Shown here piece by piece: positions 49,007 to 52,377 of a stretch of 52,377 bases of DNA. How positions within the stretch are numbered: the first letter of the stretch is position 1; the number at the start of each line of letters is the position of its first letter. The notes under the pieces are model-generated. The model ran no database searches. It saw only the letters and a list, made by a program, of their open reading frames with translations, and was not told where the DNA came from. Both the position numbers and the translations under genes were made by a program. Source of the stretch: Octopus bimaculoides (Eukaryota). The stretch lies in contig NC_068999.1 of the NCBI RefSeq assembly GCF_001194135.2, positions 22,717,474-22,769,850 on the forward strand. Direction: 5' to 3'.

Positions 49007-49342
49007 TATGAAAGTAGTTCTTTCAAAGATGTCGCACGGAATTTTAATATGATCTAAGGGAGATAACTTTAGATTGTCCGTTGTGATCATTTCGATGTAA
49101 GGATAAAAAGTCAGAACACACACATTCTCCAAAACTTAATTTATACCGTTAAGATTATTATAGTTTAGAAATATTAGATCATACTATAATTCTCTATTAT
49201 TTAACTTTTTTTAGATTATAATTTTATTATACAATGGCTATTCAAGTTTTAGAAAATGTATATATACATTTTCATACATTTTACTTGGTTTTGGGGATTT
49301 GGTTTTCAAGATTCTTTATGTGAGTTCGTGTATTGAAGCATA

Positions 49343-49627
49343 TTTTGTTGTGTCTGAGGAGAGTCGTTCTCTTTTTGTGCCTTATTTTTTTTAACACACT
49401 CACCGGTAAAGTTTCCACTCATTTACTCATTTATTTTTCCTGAAATTTTCGTTGTGTCTTGCAATCTTTTCAATAGTCGTTGACTTCGTCCGTTACTACT
49501 GAAATGGTTGCAAGACGCAACGAAAATTTTAGGAAAAATAAATGAGTAAATGAGTGGAAACTTTCCCGATGTGTGTGTTAAATAATAAGGGAGTAAAAGA
49601 GAATGACTCTCTCGAGACACAACAAAA
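49343..49627. repeat. Imperfect inverted repeat with arms of about 135 bp; probably tail-to-tail Penelope-like termini
   Basis: ttttgttgtgtct...aaagtttccactcatttactcatttatttttcctgaaattttcgttgtgtcttgcaa mirrors ttgcaagacgcaacgaaaattttaggaaaaataaatgagtaaatgagtggaaacttt...agacacaacaaaa; the loop spans about 49478-49494. Confidence 0.9.
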
Positions 49628-49732
49628 CATTTTCATTCAATTTTAGTGCCACTGCGATAGATAATTAGATAATGATTTCAAATTTTGACACAAGACCGGC
49701 AGTTTTAAGGAAGGTGTGTGTGTGTATGTGTT

Positions 49733-49835
<103 letters not shown>

Positions 49836-50370
49836 TAGAGTATTAATGTATAAATTTTTAACATATACAGAATAATTGAAAAGTTCGCGTGGAAGTAATA
49901 TAAGCCGGATAACGACCTGGACTGGTTAATGTCCTTCGTGGTTCTTAATGTACGCCTCATATACCCTGTCTTGCCTGTCATTTTTCACTGATTCCAGCCC
50001 CGCCCAACAACCCTCATCTTGCCCAAAACACTTACCCCCACAGACTGAAGCACCACTCCCTTGGCTACAACGACTCAAAGATTCCAGGATAACTGGTCAT
50101 ACTGCCAGCTACCCAGACTAGCCCAAGCAGTTGAACTAGATATTCCTGAGCAATTGAATTGAATTATCTGAGAGAAACTGAAAGAGATAGAGACGGTGTG
50201 AGAGAGGAAAATACAGAAGAAGCGAGAGTGATAAGAAGTGAAAGAGAGAGAGATCGTGGGGAGAGACTTAGAAGGAAAGAGAGGTGGGTACAAACACTAA
50301 GGCAGAATATTCTAAGCAGTTAGAAGCTGAGTTAGTGTTGGAGTTATCTCCCGTTTTCTCTCTCTCTTTC

Positions 50371-50413
<43 letters not shown>

Positions 50414-51026
50414 AGCTCTAAGCTGATTAACGTCCAAAACGATAATTTCAAAGGCGTTATCAGGTGATTAACATTTTAACAGATAGTTGTTGGTAAGAGT
50501 CACCTCCCTTAGTAATTTAACGTTCATTATTTACCCATTAAATAGTACTCAGGTCGATAGCATCGACAAACTTAACTCCAAAGTAATTTGCTGGAAGATG
50601 GTGGTTAGTCGATATTATCAATACCAGTACTTGCCTGCTGATTTATTTTGTTGGCCTCCAAATGAATAAAAGGTAAATTAGACTTCAATGTGATTTGAAC
50701 CCAGAACATATAGAGCCAGAACAAATGCAGGAAATGGGAGGTAACTCAACACTTTATATCAGAGACGTTAATCACTTTACAACTACTCTGAAATTATTGG
50801 CTTTTGTGAAAATGATAGGCGTATTTCGTATACAAATTAAAGTAAGTGATGCTGCTTTAGAACTGGCAAAGAGTAATATTATAAAAGTCATAAATAATAA
50901 ATAATAAACATGAAGTTATTTGTATTTTATTTTAATTAAATACTGAGACTAAAGAAATGACTTTCAAGATGCAAATTCTAATTTCACCTTTTAATACTCT
51001 ATTATGAATGTAATAAAGGTTTAATA

Positions 51027-51269
51027 CAGTGTTTCTCAACAACTGTTTACTTATGGGCCCTTTGTTTCCTATTTCACTCTACTGGGCTTCCATAGCCGTT
51101 CACTGGATATGAAAAAGAATCCTACTCTATATAATTAAACATTATTAGAAATTGTAAAAAAAAAAAAGTTAATTAAATGACTATTTTGTATATTATAGAA
51201 GTATAAGCAATTTATTGCACATTAATTTTGACAAGAACATCCTATATGAAACCTGGATGAGAACCATCG
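51027..51269. mobile_element. hAT (Charlie-like) MITE
   Basis: TIR-like cagtgtttctcaac / ggatgagaaccatcg; 8-bp TSD gtttaata / gtttagtg. Confidence 0.65.
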
Positions 51270-51757
51270 GTTTAGTGTACCCCCACTTCAACTATAATGA
51301 CAACTCAAAAGTATGCTTAGAAAATTAAATTAATTAGAACTACCAGTGAAGTCATTGTTTTCCTTTTTCATATATATATATACATATAATTATATATATA
51401 TATATATATACATACATACATACATACATATAACTATATATNNNNNNNNNNNNNNNNNNNNNNNNNNNNNNNNNNNNNNNNNNNNNNNNNNNNNNNNNNN
51501 NNNNNNNNNNNNNNNNNNNNNNNNNNNNNNNNNNNNNNNNNNNNNNNNNNNNNNNNNNNNNNNNNNNNNNNNNNNNNNNNNNNNNNNNNNNNNNNNNNNN
51601 NNNNNNNNNNNNNNNNNNNNNNNNNNNNNNNNNNNNNNNNNNNNNNNNNNNNNNNNNNNNNNNNNNNNNNNNNNNNNNNNNNNNNNNNNNNNNNNNNNNN
51701 NNNNNNNNNNNNNNNNNNNNNNNNNNNNNNNNNNNNNNNNNNNNNNNNNNNNNNNNN

Positions 51758-52059
51758 AATGGAACAGCCTGTTCGTGAAATTAACATGTAAATGGCTGAG
51801 CACTCTACAGACACGTGTACCCTGAAAGTAGTTCTTGGGGAGATTCAGCACGACACAGTGTGTGACAAGGCCTTTGAAATACAAGTACAACAGAAACAGG
51901 AAGAAAGAGTGAAAGTTTGCCACCACTCCTTGCTGGAGCCTCGTGGAGCTTTAGGTGTTTTCACTCAATAAACACTCATAACACCTGGTCTGTGAATTGA
52001 AACTGCGATCCTATGACTGCGAGTCTGCTGCCCTAACCACTGGGCCATTGTGCCTCCAC
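51758..52059 (-). mobile_element. SINE family C
   Basis: Reverse complement of 32480-32780, with an intact head. Confidence 0.85.
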
Positions 52060-52106
52060 TGATATACATATATACATATAGATATATGATATACATACAC
52101 ACACAC

Positions 52107-52155
<49 letters not shown>

Positions 52156-52159
52156 ATAT

Positions 52160-52377
52160 ATGTATCATCATCATCATCGTTTAACGTCCGCTTTCCATGC
52201 TAGCATGAGTTGGACGATTTGACTGAGGACTGGTGAAACCGGATGGCAACACCACGCTCAAAATGGTGCATCTCATGTGCCACCCACACAAGAGCCAGTC
52301 CAGGGGCACTGGCAACGATCTTACTTGGCTTGCCGGGTCTTCTCACGCACAGCACATTTCCAAAGGTCTCGGTTAGT
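52160..52377 (-). mobile_element. 3' end of a retroelement with a (GAT)n tail, running off the window
   Basis: Minus strand ends ...gcatggaaagcggacgttaaacgatgatgatg. Resembles RTE-type 3' ends by recall only. Confidence 0.5.

Overview
AT-rich, microsatellite-dense eukaryotic DNA with nine N-gaps (1187-2053, 4605-4643, 5202-5730, 12354-12384, 20378-20568, 21227-21419, 23905-24502, 34628-35452, 51442-51757). The repeat landscape looks like a coleoid cephalopod, probably Octopus; this is an inference from remembered repeat families, not a database result. I find no host protein-coding gene, no true tRNA or rRNA gene and no CRISPR array. Almost all ORFs in the track are microsatellite or gap artefacts. 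The real coding signal is decayed transposon sequence: four mariner relics, a pogo/Tigger relic, a hAT C-terminal relic and two hAT MITEs, two Helitron derivatives, a Helentron-type HINE carrying a Gypsy integrase fragment, four R4/Dong-type restriction-like-endonuclease (RLE) LINE fragments, a HERO-type LINE, two L1/Tx1-type LINE pieces, Penelope-like ends, and about 30 copies of at least four tRNA-derived SINE families. The most notable structures are: (i) two adjacent, back-to-back LINE derivatives that each lack the RT domain but keep an endonuclease region and a putative 3' end, the HERO one deleted in frame; (ii) a promoter-like module plus a hammerhead-like motif downstream of the HERO ORF; (iii) LINEs sitting in simple-repeat tracts; (iv) several fold-back or inversion structures, including a perfect 46-bp hairpin, a 135-bp-arm inverted repeat, and internal inversions in a Helitron and a mariner; (v) a SINE hotspot with a triplicated target site. 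None is proven novel without searches.
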